Shown piece by piece: positions 1 to 13,330 of a DNA stretch of 64,000 nt. Both the position numbers and the translations under genes were made by a program. Location: assembly GCF_028641065.1 (NCBI RefSeq), contig NC_073387.1, forward strand, positions 6,944,001 to 7,008,000, read 5' to 3'. This DNA comes from Leucoraja erinacea. Taxonomy: Eukaryota. The first letter of the stretch is position 1, and every line of letters starts with the position of its first letter. The notes beneath the pieces were generated by a model. That model did not search any database and was not told where the DNA came from. It was given only the letters and a program-made list of their open reading frames with translations.

Positions 1-65
1 GACCTCCTAACTGGTATTCTGAAGAAGGTCTGGTATTCTGGTACCAGTACTGGTATTCTGAAGTA

Positions 66-160
66 GTCTGAAGAAGGGTTTCGGCCCGAAACGTTGCCTA
101 ATCCCTCGCTCCATAGATGCCGCTGCACGCGCTGAGTTTCTCCAGCTTTTTTGGTGTACC
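66..160 (+). mobile_element. Penelope pLTR-derived short element with hammerhead-like core
   Basis: ctgaaga-a-gggtttcggccc-gaaacgtt at 68-95, followed by the family tail atagatgc...gctgagtttctccagc. Confidence 0.75.
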
Positions 161-1814
161 TTCCATACTGGTATTGTTGATTTACAATGCCAGAGACTAG
201 GTTCAATCCTGATTATGGATGCTGTCTGTATGGAGTTTTGTACATTCTCCCTGTGACCACGTGGGTTTTCTCCAGGTTGCCCCAGTTTCATCCCACATTC
301 CACAGACAGTGGGTTTGTAGGTTAATTGGCTTCTATAAATTGTGTCTAGTGTGTAGGTTGTGAAACTGTTATGGTTACGTTTATTGTCACGTGTACTGAG
401 GTACAGTGAAAAGCTTTTGTTGCGTGCTAACCAGTCAGTGCATGATTACCATCAAGCTATTTATTGTATTTAAGAATGTGATTGTAAGAAAGAATTTAAG
501 ATGTGATTGTAAGATAAGATTATAAGATCTGCTTCTGTGGCTAACACGCAAATGTCGCCTTGGTTGGGCACTATCTTGGAAGGAGATGGGTGTGAATGGG
601 TAATCAGTAGTCAGCATGGACTCGGTGGGCCAAAGGGCCACACTGTATCTCGAAATTAAAATAAATGCTATCATGGACATTTAGTTTTCCATCTGTGTTC
701 TGCACTAATGGTTTGCTTTTAATGCAGTCTTTTTGAACTTTTGTTCAATTAATGTATAATTTGTTTTTGTGTCTTTGCCTGAGTCAATGTGCATGTATTG
801 TCGTGAGTAAGATTTCCTGTTGTACCTTGCCTCATCATTTTTGTGCATATGACATTAAATTTGACTTGAGTTAAGCAGGGGGCAGAATTTCAGAATAAGC
901 GTTCAACCGTTCGAGATAGAGATGACAAAAACAACTCTTCACTAATGGGGAATCTGTAGATCTGTGTGCTCAAGAGGCTGGGAAGACTATGGCTGAGTAG
1001 CTCAAGGAAGGGAGCAGTAGATGGAGCCAGAATGAGCACTGAACCTGGAACGTTTTACAACTTAACATCGAATAGTGATTCTGGAAATCTGGGCTAAGAC
1101 TATTAGGAGTACTGCCTCCTCCTAAAAATAGACTTTGTATTAGTGAAAAGATTGAAAAATTAATTGTTTGACGCTTCGAGTTGCTACAACTGGGAATGGA
1201 ATCTCTAATAGAGGGCTATAGTGCACCAATTAGATTTAAATATTAATAAAAATGCACATAGTGTATACGGGATAAGCAGCAATATATTTGTATTGATATA
1301 TGTCCAGATTACACTGTCACTTGGTAGGTGTTGCTCAGTCAGTTTATTCAGCTAAGAAAATTTGAATGGAAGTCACTAAAATAGATAGCTAATTTTATAG
1401 GTCTATCATTACTGTTCTACAAATATATTTTAAAACTCTGTTGGATTTTTTTTTTCCTTCATTGAGCACCATTACTAAATACAAAAACGAGCAAGAAATT
1501 CTTGCATGTATATTGTGGCTCCATGATCTTGGACATCTCAAGGTGCATTAGAACCAACTTTAAAACAAAGCGAATATAGCAAACCTCCACAAGCACAGTG
1601 CCAAGATAATGGAGGCTGAATTGGATTGCTTTGTAAGACAGGCATGGAGATCACGGCATACAATTAACCAGTACTTATTCCTTGCAATCCAGGCAGCGCA
1701 CTCATTGGGTTGGCCGTTCACGTACACTGTTGTTTTTGCAATCACAGTGAAGTGAAGTGGCCGCATGTCGCGGTTGGGCACCCAATATCATAACTGGCTT
1801 GTAGTACATAAAGA

Positions 1815-2190
1815 TGGAATTGAAATGCTGCGGTAACTCAGCGGGACAGGCAGCATCTCTGGAGAGAAATAAAGGGTGACGTTTCAGGGGAGGATTTGAC
1901 TGCAGGTGGGGAAACAAGTGAGGAAAACTGCAAAAATGATCATTACATGATAGAGTGGGTTCATTGGAAATCAGATATAACATGGGAGGTCTCTCCACGG
2001 GGGGTTAGCACTCCACTGCAGCCTCATGCCAATTCTCACACTGGACACTGCTAGCTATTCCTCTATTAGACTAGACACGGTTGCCTAGTCAATGGTTGCC
2101 TCACCCATGTAAAGGAGGCCACATCGAGAGCATCGTGAGCCGTAGGCAAGGTTGGAAGAAGAGCACATGAACCTTTGTCTCACCTTGAAT
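1815..2190 (-). mobile_element. Decayed Penelope-like element 3' end with pLTR
   Basis: pLTR motif gtaactcagcgggacaggcagcatctctggagag...gtgacgtttc adjacent to degraded GIY-YIG-coding sequence similar to 6380-6700. Confidence 0.6.
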
Positions 2191-3059
2191 GATTATAGAG
2201 GCTCAGTTGTGAGTAAACTCAAGGTAGAGATCGCTAGATTTTGGCAGTCCAGATAAAAGGGGTTAATGGAGGAAAGCATCACTGTAGTAAATGATCAGCC
2301 ATGAACTCATTTGTTGACTGATCTTGGCTTCTGTTTCTCAGCTACTGTCACAAGCAATGGCAGCTGACTGACTGGGTCATTGGTGTAAATGGTGGTGGTC
2401 ATTAATGGTCAGCTATGCGTGTGCTAGAAGCACTACTCTTTACCAAACGAGGATGGTAAATATTCAGCTCTTTTTACACCGAGAAAATCAGTCGTACCTT
2501 CGTGCAATAATGGATGGAAAACTGCAATCTTGCGGACATGTTTGCCTCTAGCCTGAAAGGATTCTGTGCATGGGTGCATAAGAGGTCATGGCCTTGGTGA
2601 CCTTGACAGTCTTCTGCAATATGGTGCTCATTCTGCTCAGAGACCAGAACTGTGTCTGCTCCAGGTGTTGATTTCACCGAGAACTCCCTTACAGAAATGT
2701 CGTCTTGCACATTGCTCTTCAAAATGGCTCAGGTGGGATAATTGAGCTGAACAGCTTGGGCCTATTTGGTTTCTTCCCATGAGACCAACCCCTCCCTCCC
2801 CCTGCTTTGCATGTCCTCTGTTTACTTTCCCTATCACACTTCACTCCATGGGGAATGCACACTAATTTATCCATCTGTGGGCTCAAATGGTTTATGTAGT
2901 AGCCTTGAGACCAAGACTGTTCATCAATGTTTGGAACGATACTCTCATCACACCGGAACAGCGTATGAGGATTTGTCTAAAGCATCAAACACTTGTTTGA
3001 TTGTGATCACAGCTGGTGGAAATCAATCTGCCGCAAACCTGCACGTTGTTGTTGATCCC

Positions 3060-3802
3060 CCGGGACGGTTGCGGTGGAGAGGAGACGGTTGCCCACCTCT
3101 TTGCAGAGTGTGGGTTTGCAAAAAGAGTCTGGAGAGGTATGCAAGGGTCCCTGGAACGATTTATCCCGAACAGCTCCATCACAGAGGACTCTGTGATTTA
3201 CGGACTGTTCCCAGGGACACATTCAGAGACTGACATCGAGTGCTGCTGGAGGGTCATCAACTCGGTCAAAGATGCTCTTTGGTCTGCCCGAGCGTTGCTC
3301 ACCACCCAGCAGAGCGAGATGTCCGTCAGGGAATGTTGCCGACTGGCCCATTGCAGACTGCAGGAGTACATGCTAAGGGACTCGCTGAAGCTTGGTGCAG
3401 CCAACGCCAAGGCTCGGTGGGGGAGGGCCACAGTCTAGGGTCCTTCCGCTGCTGGACATAGGGGGCACGGTGTGGTAGAGACGCCCCTCAAATTAAATTA
3501 AGGGAAGGTATCCCACGCCAGGGGGCCACATGAGTGGCACGGGTGGGGGACATTATTTGTGGAAGTGAAAATGTCAAATGGAATTTTCGCACTGTAAACA
3601 CTGTATATATTTATTACTTGGACAGGGGCCACAGAGTGGCACGGGCGGGGGACTGTTTGGTGAAATTTGAAAAATGTAAAAAAATTGTACTGAAAAAACT
3701 TGTATAGTCTCCGAAAATGTCGGATGAATTTGTTTGTTTGAATGGTTCAGGAATTGTATATATTTATCAATGAATAAAGTCTATTTTGAAATAAAAAAAA
3801 AA
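3060..3802 (+). mobile_element. Tx1/L1-clade LINE, 5'-truncated 3' end
   Basis: ORF2 C-terminal zinc finger remnant (P)RDGCGGEETVAHLFAEC and conserved tail to stop at 3438; AATAAA and poly(A). TSD aaacctgcacgttgttg(t/a)tgatccc at 3035-3059 and 3803-3827. Confidence 0.9.
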
Positions 3803-3941
3803 AAACCTGCACGTTGTTGATGATCCCTTGTAAATGACGTGAGGTTGTCTCTTCTGATTGTGTCTTCAGCTGCGTGTGGCTGTGTGGGAACATTGGTTGG
3901 AGCTCTGCGTTCCACAATACCAAATGATCTCCATGTCTTTG

Positions 3942-4162
3942 GACAGGCACAAACAGCTGGAGGAACTCAGTGGGACAGGCAACATCTCTGGGGAGAAGGA
4001 ATGGGTGAACCTTCAGGTTGACACCCTTCTTTGGACTGAAACGTTTTGACCAGAAACGTCACCCATTCCTTCTCTCAAGAGATGCTGCCTGTCCCGCTGA
4101 GTTAGTCCAGCATTTTGTGTCTATCTTCAGTTTATAACAGCGTTTGCACTTTCTTCCTACAC
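3942..4162. mobile_element. Inverted pair of Penelope pLTR fragments (foldback)
   Basis: Arms gctggaggaactcagtgggacaggca and tgcctgtcccgctgagttagtccagc are reverse complements; degraded hammerhead cores in the centre. Confidence 0.75.
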
Positions 4163-6199
4163 GTCCATATCTCTAGTGTGAGTTCTCCAAACATGCGCAG
4201 TAGACCTGAAGCCTCTGGGTATCAGTGTGTCAATGCACCAGGTGATACCCAATGCACACCTCACTAATCCACACCCACTAATGCACACTTCATAGCACCA
4301 ACCCAATTGTTGCTATTGTTTCAAGGGTAAAATCATCCCTGCTGGTCAAGCATACACATCAAATCTTTTCCTGTATCTATCTATATAGCAGCCCCTCACT
4401 ATTGTACTGGAGACCTATTAATATGGGATGTAAACGCAACTTGTTCGAATTTGAGGTGCCACAGTGAAGGCTATTGTCATGTTACTGAGGTACAGTGACA
4501 AGCGTTTGTTGTGTGCTAACCAGTCAGCAGAAAAATGATTACAATTGAGCCATTTACAGTGTATAGATACATGATAAATGAATAACGTTTAATGCAAGGT
4601 AAAGCTAGCAAAGTCCGGACTGGCCAGAGTGAGACTCGTCCTAGATTATGTAGCTGGCATGACCTAGATGTCACCCCATGAAGGTACATATGAGATAACA
4701 GTGTAAATCAAATAGACTGCTTGCTGGCACCAGGCACATCTGGCAATGGTCTCCATTCTTCATAGATGAAAGCTGTAAGGGTAGCCCAAATCCAAAGCAG
4801 ATATTTTCAAGAGACCTGTGCACGCTTCAGCCCATGTGCCAACTCTCTCTCCCTCCTACATATACACACACACGCATACACCTTGTATACACAAGCCCTC
4901 TTTGTGCACAATGCATAAATCATCTCTCTGAAATTCTCTCCCACTCCCATACTGATGCAGAAACTCTCTCTCTCTCTCTCTCTCTTCTGTCTCATTCGCA
5001 TACATTCACATAACCTCTGCCCTTCTGTCCCATTTTGAATAGGTCATTGACTACAACAATCCCACCATTCAGTACTGTGACATTATATTATGCCTCAGGT
5101 GGAGAGTAGTTTTGTGAAACGGTGTCAGGGGGGCTGTAATATTTCAGTGCCTTGTCTTCTAATGTATTTTGAAGCTGATTCCTGCTTTTAATCACTCACC
5201 GACTGCAGAATGACACCACTCTTTATATGATCCAGCTGAAACTCATGCTGTTTCCATTGAACTTTGTGGGGGCCATCAACATTGCTCAGTCTTTTTTTTG
5301 AGGTGACGTAATGCTGAGAATGATCAATTCTGAGGAGCGGGCCAAGGTCCAAAATATACTTTATTGATGAGCTCATAAATTGGAAGCAAATAAGGAGGCC
5401 ATTGGCCTTAATGTTCCTTCTCTGGGTCTGGGAATCAACGAATTGCATCAATCTCGCTGTTCTGTCCTGTATTCTTGGCCCCAGAAGACTTTTCTCTTCC
5501 TTGATGTACATCCAAGATATTAATGTTACAATTGGACAGAAACTTAATTTCAACATTCAGATGATGCCATCTAACTATTGGCCAGTTTTGTGAGAGTTAG
5601 TTATTTTTCAATCACGGGTGATAAGTAAAATTATTTCTCCAACTTAATAAATTGCTCGTAAATGTTCGATCGCAGACAGTTTCTAGATGCATGGCTTGGA
5701 GTGCAGGGATGCTAACCAGGCTGTCCAAATGGAATGCTGCAGATTGGTGGGAGGTGTGGAGGAAGGAAGGGGAAGGAGTGGAGATTAGCTGAAGCTGTGC
5801 AGATGAGCAGCATAAACCACCATGATACTCATTGCTTCTTCATCGAGGGCTGTCCTAGTTATCACCCTCCGCGTTAGTTGCAGCTGACTGGCAAGTGCTA
5901 ATCGGAGGCACGTCACTGAAGTCGACGTGCAAATCATTTGTCTCCATTTAATGATATAAATTAATAAGTGATAGGAGCAGAATTAGGCCATTCAGCTCAT
6001 CAAGTCTACTCCACCATTCAATCATGGCTGATCTATCTCTCTCTCTCAACCTCATTCTCCTGCCTTCTCCCCATAACCCCAACTAATCAAGAATCTATCT
6101 ATCTCTGTCAAATATCCATTGACTTGGCCTCCACAGCCTTCTGTGGCAATTAACTCTACAGATTCAATCCACCCTCTGACTCCCAGAAAGAGAAGGTCC

Positions 6200-6375
6200 C
6201 CCATTGGGAGGGGGAATGGGGGGGGGGGGGGAAAGGGGATGGGCAGGGGGGGGGGGGGGGGGGGGGGGGGTGGGAGGGGGGGGGGGGGGGGGGGGGAGGG
6301 GGGTGGGAGGGGGGGAAGGGAGGAGTGGGGAGTGATAGAGGGAGGGGGGAGAGGGGGGAGGGGGGGAGGAGGGGG
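6200..6375. repeat. Poly-G/purine tract
   Basis: Runs of G interrupted by A; lies at the 3' flank of the minus-strand Penelope fragment. Confidence 0.9.
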
Positions 6376-6379
6376 TTTG

Positions 6380-7030
6380 TAGAAGTCACCTAAAATTAGA
6401 GAATTCAACATTTGTAAATGAGCCATGCAAAATGTGATTTGCTGTTCTTCCAATTTGTGTGTGGCCTCACTCTAGCAATGGAGGTGGACAGTATTGGAAG
6501 GGGAGTTAACATGGTTAACAAACTGAAAGATCCAGTATGCCTAGGCAGACTGAACGCAAGTGTTCGGTGTAATGGTCGCTGAGTCTTCACTTGGTCTTGC
6601 TAATGTACAGGAGCTCACGTCAGGACCACTGGATCACGTGCAATAGATAAGGTTAGAGGAGGTGCATGTGAACCTCTGTCTCAACTAGAAGGACTGCTGA
6701 TGTTCTTGGATGGATGTGAGGGAGTTGCGGTTGCAGGGGAAAGTACCTGGGAGGAAGAGGTTTGGGTGGGAAAGGATGAGTGAACCAAGGAGTTGTGGAG
6801 GGGAAAAGAGGTGGAGATAGGAAGATGTGATTAGTGGTTGGGCCATGTTGGAATGTTTGAGGAAATGTCAGATAATTATGTGTTGGAGGTGGAGGCTGGT
6901 GGGGTGAAAGGCGGGGACCAAGGGAGCTCTGTCCTAGTTGTGTCTGGGGGGAGAGGGAGTGAGAGCAGAACTCCAGGACACAGTAAATATGCAGGTGAGG
7001 GGTCCATTTATGACAGACATTCACTAAAGA
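6380..7030 (-). mobile_element. Decayed Penelope-like element (GIY-YIG region)
   Basis: Minus translation contains LLYISKTK*RLSDHYTEHLRSV, homologous to LLYIGETKSRLGDHFAEHL at 45340-45400. Confidence 0.75.
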
Positions 7031-7039
7031 ATGGATCAG

Positions 7040-7560
7040 TGTATCCCGGCAAGCCACGCGTGCGGCAGGAGTATCCCGGCAAGCCGCGTGGGCAGTTGAG
7101 ACTGAGGACTCGCTTGGCGGGTGGCTCTGACCAGCGAGGCCCCCCAGGAGGCTGCGGAAAAGCTGGGCGACGAAGCCTGTCTTGGCTGATGGAGCTTCGG
7201 CGGCAGTGGTGAGACTTCGACAGCGATGATGGGGCATCAGCGGCGGCGGCAGCGGTCAAGCCTCGCGGCGGCGGTGGAACCTCGCGGCGGTGAAGCCTCG
7301 CGGCGGTGAAGCCTCGCGGGTCGACCCGCGGTTGGCAATTGATGAGGAGGTTTGGGGGGGAGCTCCGTCATGGAGGGGGAAGAACAATGGAGGACTCGGC
7401 GTGGGGGGGACCACCGTGACTGGATGGGGGGGACAAAGGAGGAACTGGTGGCGGGTACTTTTAACTTTGTAAGTGCCATTTATGAGGCAGCTATTTGGAT
7501 ACCCAAGCAAGTAAAGTTTCATTGTGACTTGTCACATGTAACAATAACGTATTCAATTCC
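7040..7560 (+). mobile_element. GC-rich non-autonomous retroposon with internal tandem repeats and Rex1/Babar-type 3' tail
   Basis: gcctcgcggcggtgaa repeats at 7258-7320; ends with tttcattgtgacttgtcacatgtaacaataa stem-loop tail. Confidence 0.6.
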
Positions 7561-8129
7561 ATATTGATTTGGTCCCAGTGACCGCTGGGGTGAAGATCAG
7601 AAACACTATCTGTGTTTGTCGCCCGAGTGGGAATTGTACTGATTCCTCGCCCCAGATCTCTCTCCAATTACCTCCTTAAATCAATGTACGCGGAGAACAC
7701 AAAGAGGGAAACATTACACAATTGCTATTTAGTTTCAACTTTACAATTAATGGAATTTGATAGCCTATTTATAACGTCTGAGTAATCTATAATTCCTGAA
7801 GCTGGTTTTGGTTTCAATGTGCTCATAGTGATGTTCTTCTTGCTACTGTGCAGCAGTCAAGAAGAGAGTTGGTGCAGGCTGCTAATCACCTACTGGAAAC
7901 ATAAGGATTAACATCTGTGATCTACTCGAACAGTTCATACAAGTCTAATGTTTAAGAAAGAACTGCAGATGCTGGAAAAATCGAAGATTGACAAAAATGC
8001 TGGAGGAACTCGGCGGGTGAGGCAGCATCTATGGAGAGAAGGAATAGGCGACGTTTCAGGTCGAAACCCTTATTCTGACTGATGGGTTGGCAACTTTCTG
8101 AAACTCAACCAACTTAATCTTAAACTTGC

Positions 8130-8950
8130 TGTCCTGAGATCCAGATTTAAGTTTTCAATCACATATCTACAACATCACTAGACCACCTGCATCTACCCCT
8201 GTGAAATAGCCGACCTCAGCTCAGTTTCTGCTCATTTTCTCAACCATGCCATGGTTATTTCCAGACTCGACTATTCTAACAAATACCTGAGCAAACCACA
8301 AAGTGCTGGAGGAACTCAGCGGGTTAGGCAGCATCTGTGGAGTGATTGGAATGGTGACATTTGGGGTTGGGATCCATCTTCAGAAAGATTCCAGCAGCAG
8401 CAGTTCCTTATGTTTCCTATACCTAGCTGATTTCTACCCTGTTGTCTGTAATCTTAAACTCATCCAAAAGATTGCCCCTATTTCAACTTGAGTTTTAGCA
8501 ATATTGGTTCCTGGTTAAGCAACATCCTGATATTCGTTTTCAAATCCGTTATGCACTCCAACTTGCGTTTTGGCAATATTGGTTTCTTGTTGGGCAACAT
8601 CCTGACATTGTTTTTCAAATCTGCTATGCACCCACAGCTTCCCATCTCTATGACCTCAAATGCTACAACCATATGTGAAATCTGTAGTCCTTTAAATCTG
8701 CCTTCTTGGACATCACTACATTTGTTTGCTTACCCATTGGCAGTTTGTCTTCAGTTGGCAGGAGCCCTAGACCTGGAATTCGTTCTCGCAACCCGAGGCT
8801 CTTTTTGTCCCCATTTAGCAAGTTCCTGAACACCTTTTTCTTGGAACTGAGCTTTTGGGTACCAGCCTTATTGTTTCTTTATGTGGCTTGTGGCCAATTA
8901 TTTTTGGTTGAGGATGCTCCTGTAATGTGCCTTGGGGCAAATTTGCTCCG
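8130..8950 (+). mobile_element. Old L2 LINE fragment with internal 75-bp tandem duplication
   Basis: HAMVISRLDYSN-like motif at 8245-8280 and WFLVKQ (L2 HWLPVK-like). Unit starting 8484 repeats at 8559. Interrupted by a pLTR fragment at ~8295-8410. Confidence 0.6.
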
Positions 8951-9204
8951 TTATAGTTGGTGCCTCTTTAAAACCTTAAATTGCATTGACAGAATGGAAC
9001 AAGGACTGCAAAAGACAAGTTGTGAGTGCAAAGCTTAACATGCAAACATACTATTAGGATCAGGTCCATGGTAGATGCCATCTCCCTGGCCCTACTTTCA
9101 TCCCTGGAAGACCTAAAGAACAAGGTCACCTTTGTTGGACGCCTATTTACTGATGTAACTTTGCCTTCAACACCAATCAAACACATCTCCAGACTCCTGG
9201 ACCT

Positions 9205-9460
9205 AGGACTGAGATGAGGAAAAACCTTTTCACGCAGAGAGTTGTGAATCTGTGGAATTCTCTGCCACAGAAGGCAATGGAGGCCAATTCACTGAATATT
9301 TTCAAGAGAGAGTTAGATTTAGCTCTTGGGGCTAACGGAATCCAGGGATATGGGGGGAAAAGCAGGAACAGGCAACTGATCTTGGATGATCATATTGAAT
9401 GGTGGTGCTAGCTTGAAGGGTCAAATGGACTACTCCTGCACTGTTTTCTATGTTTGTATG
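9205..9460 (+). mobile_element. CR1-clade LINE 3' end
   Basis: MRKNLFTQRVVNLWNSLPQ ORF2 C-terminus plus 3' UTR gaagggtcaaatggactactcctgc. Confidence 0.85.
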
Positions 9461-9469
9461 ACTCAATAC

Positions 9470-10020
9470 CTCCCTCTGGAAATGGATCAGTGACGTCCTG
9501 ACAGACTGCAATCAGTAAAGCTAGGCGACAAATCATTGTACATGATAATCCTCAGTATCAGTGCTGCAAGGGGTTGGAGTACAGGAAGGAGACTGATAGC
9601 TTAGTAACATAGTGTCATTAAAACAACCTCTCCTACAACGTCGGCAAAACAAAGGAGCTGGTCATCTAATTCAGGAAGTGGGGCGAAGGACACATCCCAG
9701 ATTGCATCAAAGTGGAGATGTAGAGCTTCAAGTTCCTAGGTATAGATTCACCAAGGATTTGACGTAGTCCGACCATGGGGACAATATTGCCAAGAATGCA
9801 CACTGACGACTCAACCTCCTCAGAAGACTAAGGAAATTCAGCATGTCCCAAGTGACTCTTGCCAATTTTAACAAATACACCACTGAATGCTCTAGACTTT
9901 GTTTCGCCTTCCTTACCTCTTGTACTGGTGTGAGGTATGACCTGCCTGGAGCACAAGCAAAACAAGGTTTTTCATTGTACCTTGGTACACATGACAATAA
10001 TAAGCTAATACCAATACCAG
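9470..10020 (+). mobile_element. Rex1/Babar-clade LINE, internally deleted
   Basis: Decayed RT C-terminal motifs (NNLS.NVGKTKELVI.FRK; ESFKFLG; LLRRLRKFSMS); 3' tail tttcattgtaccttggtacacatgacaataa. Confidence 0.75.
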
Positions 10021-10755
10021 GAATAGTTCACTCAATAAGATCATGGCTGACCTAATTGTATTCTCTATATTCCTTTCATACTCCCTGCTTATCAAATATT
10101 TACTATCTCTGCCTTAAAAATATTCTGAAAGATGAGAGTTCCTTTGGATTTAAGTCTAGCCTGTCGAGCCTTTGCTCATAAGCCAACCCACCCATGCAGA
10201 CTTGAAGTGTGTGAAGGAAATGCAGATGCTGGTTTACTCTGAACGTAGACACAAAATGGTGAAGTAACTCAGTGGGTCAGGCAGCATCTGTGGGACATCT
10301 CAGAGATGCTGCCTGACCTGCTGAGTTACCCCAGCATTTTGTAACGACATTCAGATTTGAAACTCAGTTCAGTAAACCTGTATGTGCAGATTGGGCTACC
10401 AATCAAATTGATGCTTTAAGTTTCTAATTCACAAAGGGTCACCGCCTGTTTTAACTATGACTCCTTTTATCTCAGTGTGATTGAGTTTTCTTTTATATGA
10501 AGGAACTAAATGTTTGCTCCTGTATTTAGGACTAGAATAGTAAGATTAAATGAGAACTTACCAGTTTGAAGTTTGATCTTTATTTTATGGGGCGTTACGA
10601 TGAGCGATTACGTGAAGACCCCGCCAGACGGCATGCGCATCAATCTTCAAAGCAGCGGCGTAAAATCACAGATAATAGTAACTAAAGTAACATAGTAAGA
10701 CTATAAACAGACCTTCCAGTTGACCTTTATGATATTGAGGGCCGGGAGCGGTGGG

Positions 10756-10870
10756 CACGTAATTCCTCATCGTATCTCCTCATAAAATAAAGATCAAACT
10801 TCAAACTGGTAAGTTCTCGTTTAATCTTACTATTTTACTTCAGAGTCACGTGAGTGATTCCGTGAAGGTT
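10756..10870. repeat. DIRS internal complementary region (ICR)
   Basis: 10756-10834 is the reverse complement of the element end 10536-10614; the remainder (ttacttcagagtcacgtgagtgattccgtgaag) partly matches the terminal repeat sequence gagcgattacgtgaag. Confidence 0.85.
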
Positions 10871-11049
10871 TCAAAGCTCTATGATTTCATGCCATAGATA
10901 CTAATCCAGGCGTCACTGCATCAGTTGACTCGGGAGGAGTGAATAATGAGCAATACAGTGAAACATGGTACAGATTCACATGTTGATGCTTTAATTCACA
11001 ACAAAAAATAAAGAAACACAATAGCGACCCCCTCTCTCCCAGGGGGAAG

Positions 11050-12030
11050 CTATGAAACAGAACTTAAAATGGACTGGGCAAACACCCCAGGTTCGATAAG
11101 TGGTTTATTATAAAACCGCTGAAAAGTCAGTTCATTTGACCATCCTGCGGCCGCGAGGATATGGTCTAGAGGGACGTCCATTACCCTCGCTGCTGACGTT
11201 GATGCCGCCCTGGTGGAGTGAGATTTAAAATTGTCAGCATTAACTCCTGCACAGACCAGCACTTGTTTCAGCCATCTTGAAATGGTCTGAGCTGACACTT
11301 TCATATGTGGCTTTTTGTGGCTAATAAATAACGATAGTTCCGAGCCTCTGAGACCCTTGGTGACCTCGATATAACATCGCAAGTGCGCCACTACACATAG
11401 TCGTAAATCCGTGGGATATGCTGACAGTACAAGTTTGAATCCTGACACCCCTGGTCTGCTCTATTTTATAAGATTTTAGATGTAAAATATGTAATTCCCA
11501 GATGACACCATCCTGTCCAGTCGCAACTTCTGCAGAGTCTGAACCCTTTGCGCTGACACCAACGCCATGAGCATGACCAACTTCAGGGTAATCTTCACCA
11601 AAGACAAGGATGTGGCTGGACCCCACTGACAAAGCAGCGTGAGTACCACACTCGCATCCCAGATTTCTGAATATCTAGGCCTGGGGGGATTGGAATTAAA
11701 AACACCCTTCATAAACCGGGATATTAACGGATGAGATCCTACAGACTGTAGTTCTGACTCCAAGCAGAAGTACAATGATAGAGCACTCCTGGCACTATTG
11801 ATGGCACTATAGCTCAACTTTTCATCAAAGTACAACTTGGACAGAGACTCTAACACATCTGGGGTGGAAGCTGCGTGGTAACTAATGTTCCCTTGTAAGC
11901 AAAACTCCTCCCATTTCCTGACATGAGAGATGTACTGCTTTTTGGTACTGTCCCTCCAGGATGATGTGATGATATCCACGGTACGATTGTATAATCCCTG
12001 ACCCAGGTATGGCCTCCTTAAAACCTGCAA
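11050..12030 (-). pseudogene. DIRS tyrosine recombinase (frameshifted)
   Basis: ORF pieces 11476-12030, 11321-11632 and 11050-11448. SWRDSTKKQY N-terminal motif; SAQRVQTL (catalytic R); KSHSTRAAS (HxxR); AAGWS; FQRFYNK (catalytic Y). Confidence 0.9.
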
Positions 12031-12174
12031 ATTAACAAATTAATACGATCATACAATGGGTGTTGATCCTCAGTCACAGGGTGCACCAATAAGTTATTAC
12101 ATTTTGGATCCACCATAATAGGTTGAGTTATAATGTCCGATGGTGGTACAATAAGCTTTAAGCCCATAAAATTC

Positions 12175-13330
12175 TCACAATAAATAATTAATTCCATGTG
12201 TCTGCAGAATAAATGCCAAGCACATTCCATCTGCCTCCACAGCTAGAGATGGTATCAGTAGCCCCCCAACAATTGCGCTAACATCAGTCTGTAACACAAC
12301 TGAAGGTGCTTCTATCAAAATTTTGCTGGAACAATTTGAAATGTTTCTTATCCACCACTGTACTTCGGCAATAGCTTCAATTGGTAATTTCATGGGTCTG
12401 TTGAAATGACCTGCATATATTCTAAGTGCCTGTGCCTTTGCCCTCTGTAAATGTTGGTAATGCAAAGGTCCATGCTGCGCAGCTGGAATGGCTGCTATTA
12501 GTTTGCCAATCAAGCTAGCCACATGCCTAATTGAAGGTGATTGCTCTCCAATGAGCTTGATACAGCCTTCAATTAAATCTAATCTCTTGCCCTTGGGCAG
12601 AGTTACAGACATGTGATTTGAATTAACTGTGAATCCCAGATAATCAATAATTTTAACTGGTATCAACTTTGATTTAGTTGGATGGATGAGAAACCCCAAT
12701 CTCTCAAACATGAGTTTAACAGCTGAAACATAACTCAGCTGCCTCCTGACTTTTTCCAATTATTAAGATATCATCCAAATAAGCCATTACAATATGACCT
12801 TGAGCCTGGAGTAGCCCCAGTACTGGTTTTAGCAGCTTTGTAAATAATCTAGGGGCTGAGGTTAGTCATTAGGCAGCGCTTTAAATTGCCACAATTGCCT
12901 CATCCAGCTAAATTTCAAATATCTCCGATAGTCTTTATGAACAGGCACTGAGTAATATGCATCCTTTAAATCTATACATGCCATATAACACCCTCTGGAA
13001 ACCAATTGCTTGGCAGTCTCAAATGTTTCCATTTTGAAATGTTTATACTGCACAAACGGATTAAGGTCTGTCAAGTCCAAAATAATCCGACTTCCACCAT
13101 CTTTCTTTGGTCGAGGAAATATATTAGATACAAATTGGTGAGGTTGACAAACTGTCTTCTCAATTACACCTTTTAAATATAATTTTCCAATTTCAGCTTG
13201 AACCTCCAAATTCTCTTTTTGTGAGAAAATGAGTGCCCGCCGTGGGGTATGTTGAGTAGGCGGACACAAATTGGGAATTAATTCAATTCAAAACCCTTGT
13301 ATAGTTTGCAGTATAAACAACTCTGATGTT
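12175..13330 (-). pseudogene. DIRS reverse transcriptase / RNase H (disrupted)
   Basis: RIILDLTDLN, HFKMET, IDLKDAYYSVP, FKALP, then VMAYLDDILII read on minus at ~12760-12795, YLGF, and RNase H start LQTDVS; stops and frameshifts present. Confidence 0.9.

Noticed and set aside
2474-2722. 82-aa minus ORF with an AAG|GTACGA donor-like site
   Set aside because: Poor acceptor, in-frame stop just upstream and no recognisable domain.
5188-5556. 122-aa minus ORF ending near a GTGAGT donor-like site
   Set aside because: No recognisable homology; several ORFs of this length are expected by chance in 64 kb; no convincing partner exon.
6052-6453. Proline-rich and glycine-rich ORFs (formin- or extensin-like appearance)
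   Set aside because: Translation of a poly-G tract between CR1 and Penelope fragments.
8484-8633. 75-bp tandem repeat open in frame (25-aa repeat)
   Set aside because: Internal duplication within a decayed L2 LINE; no splice signals.
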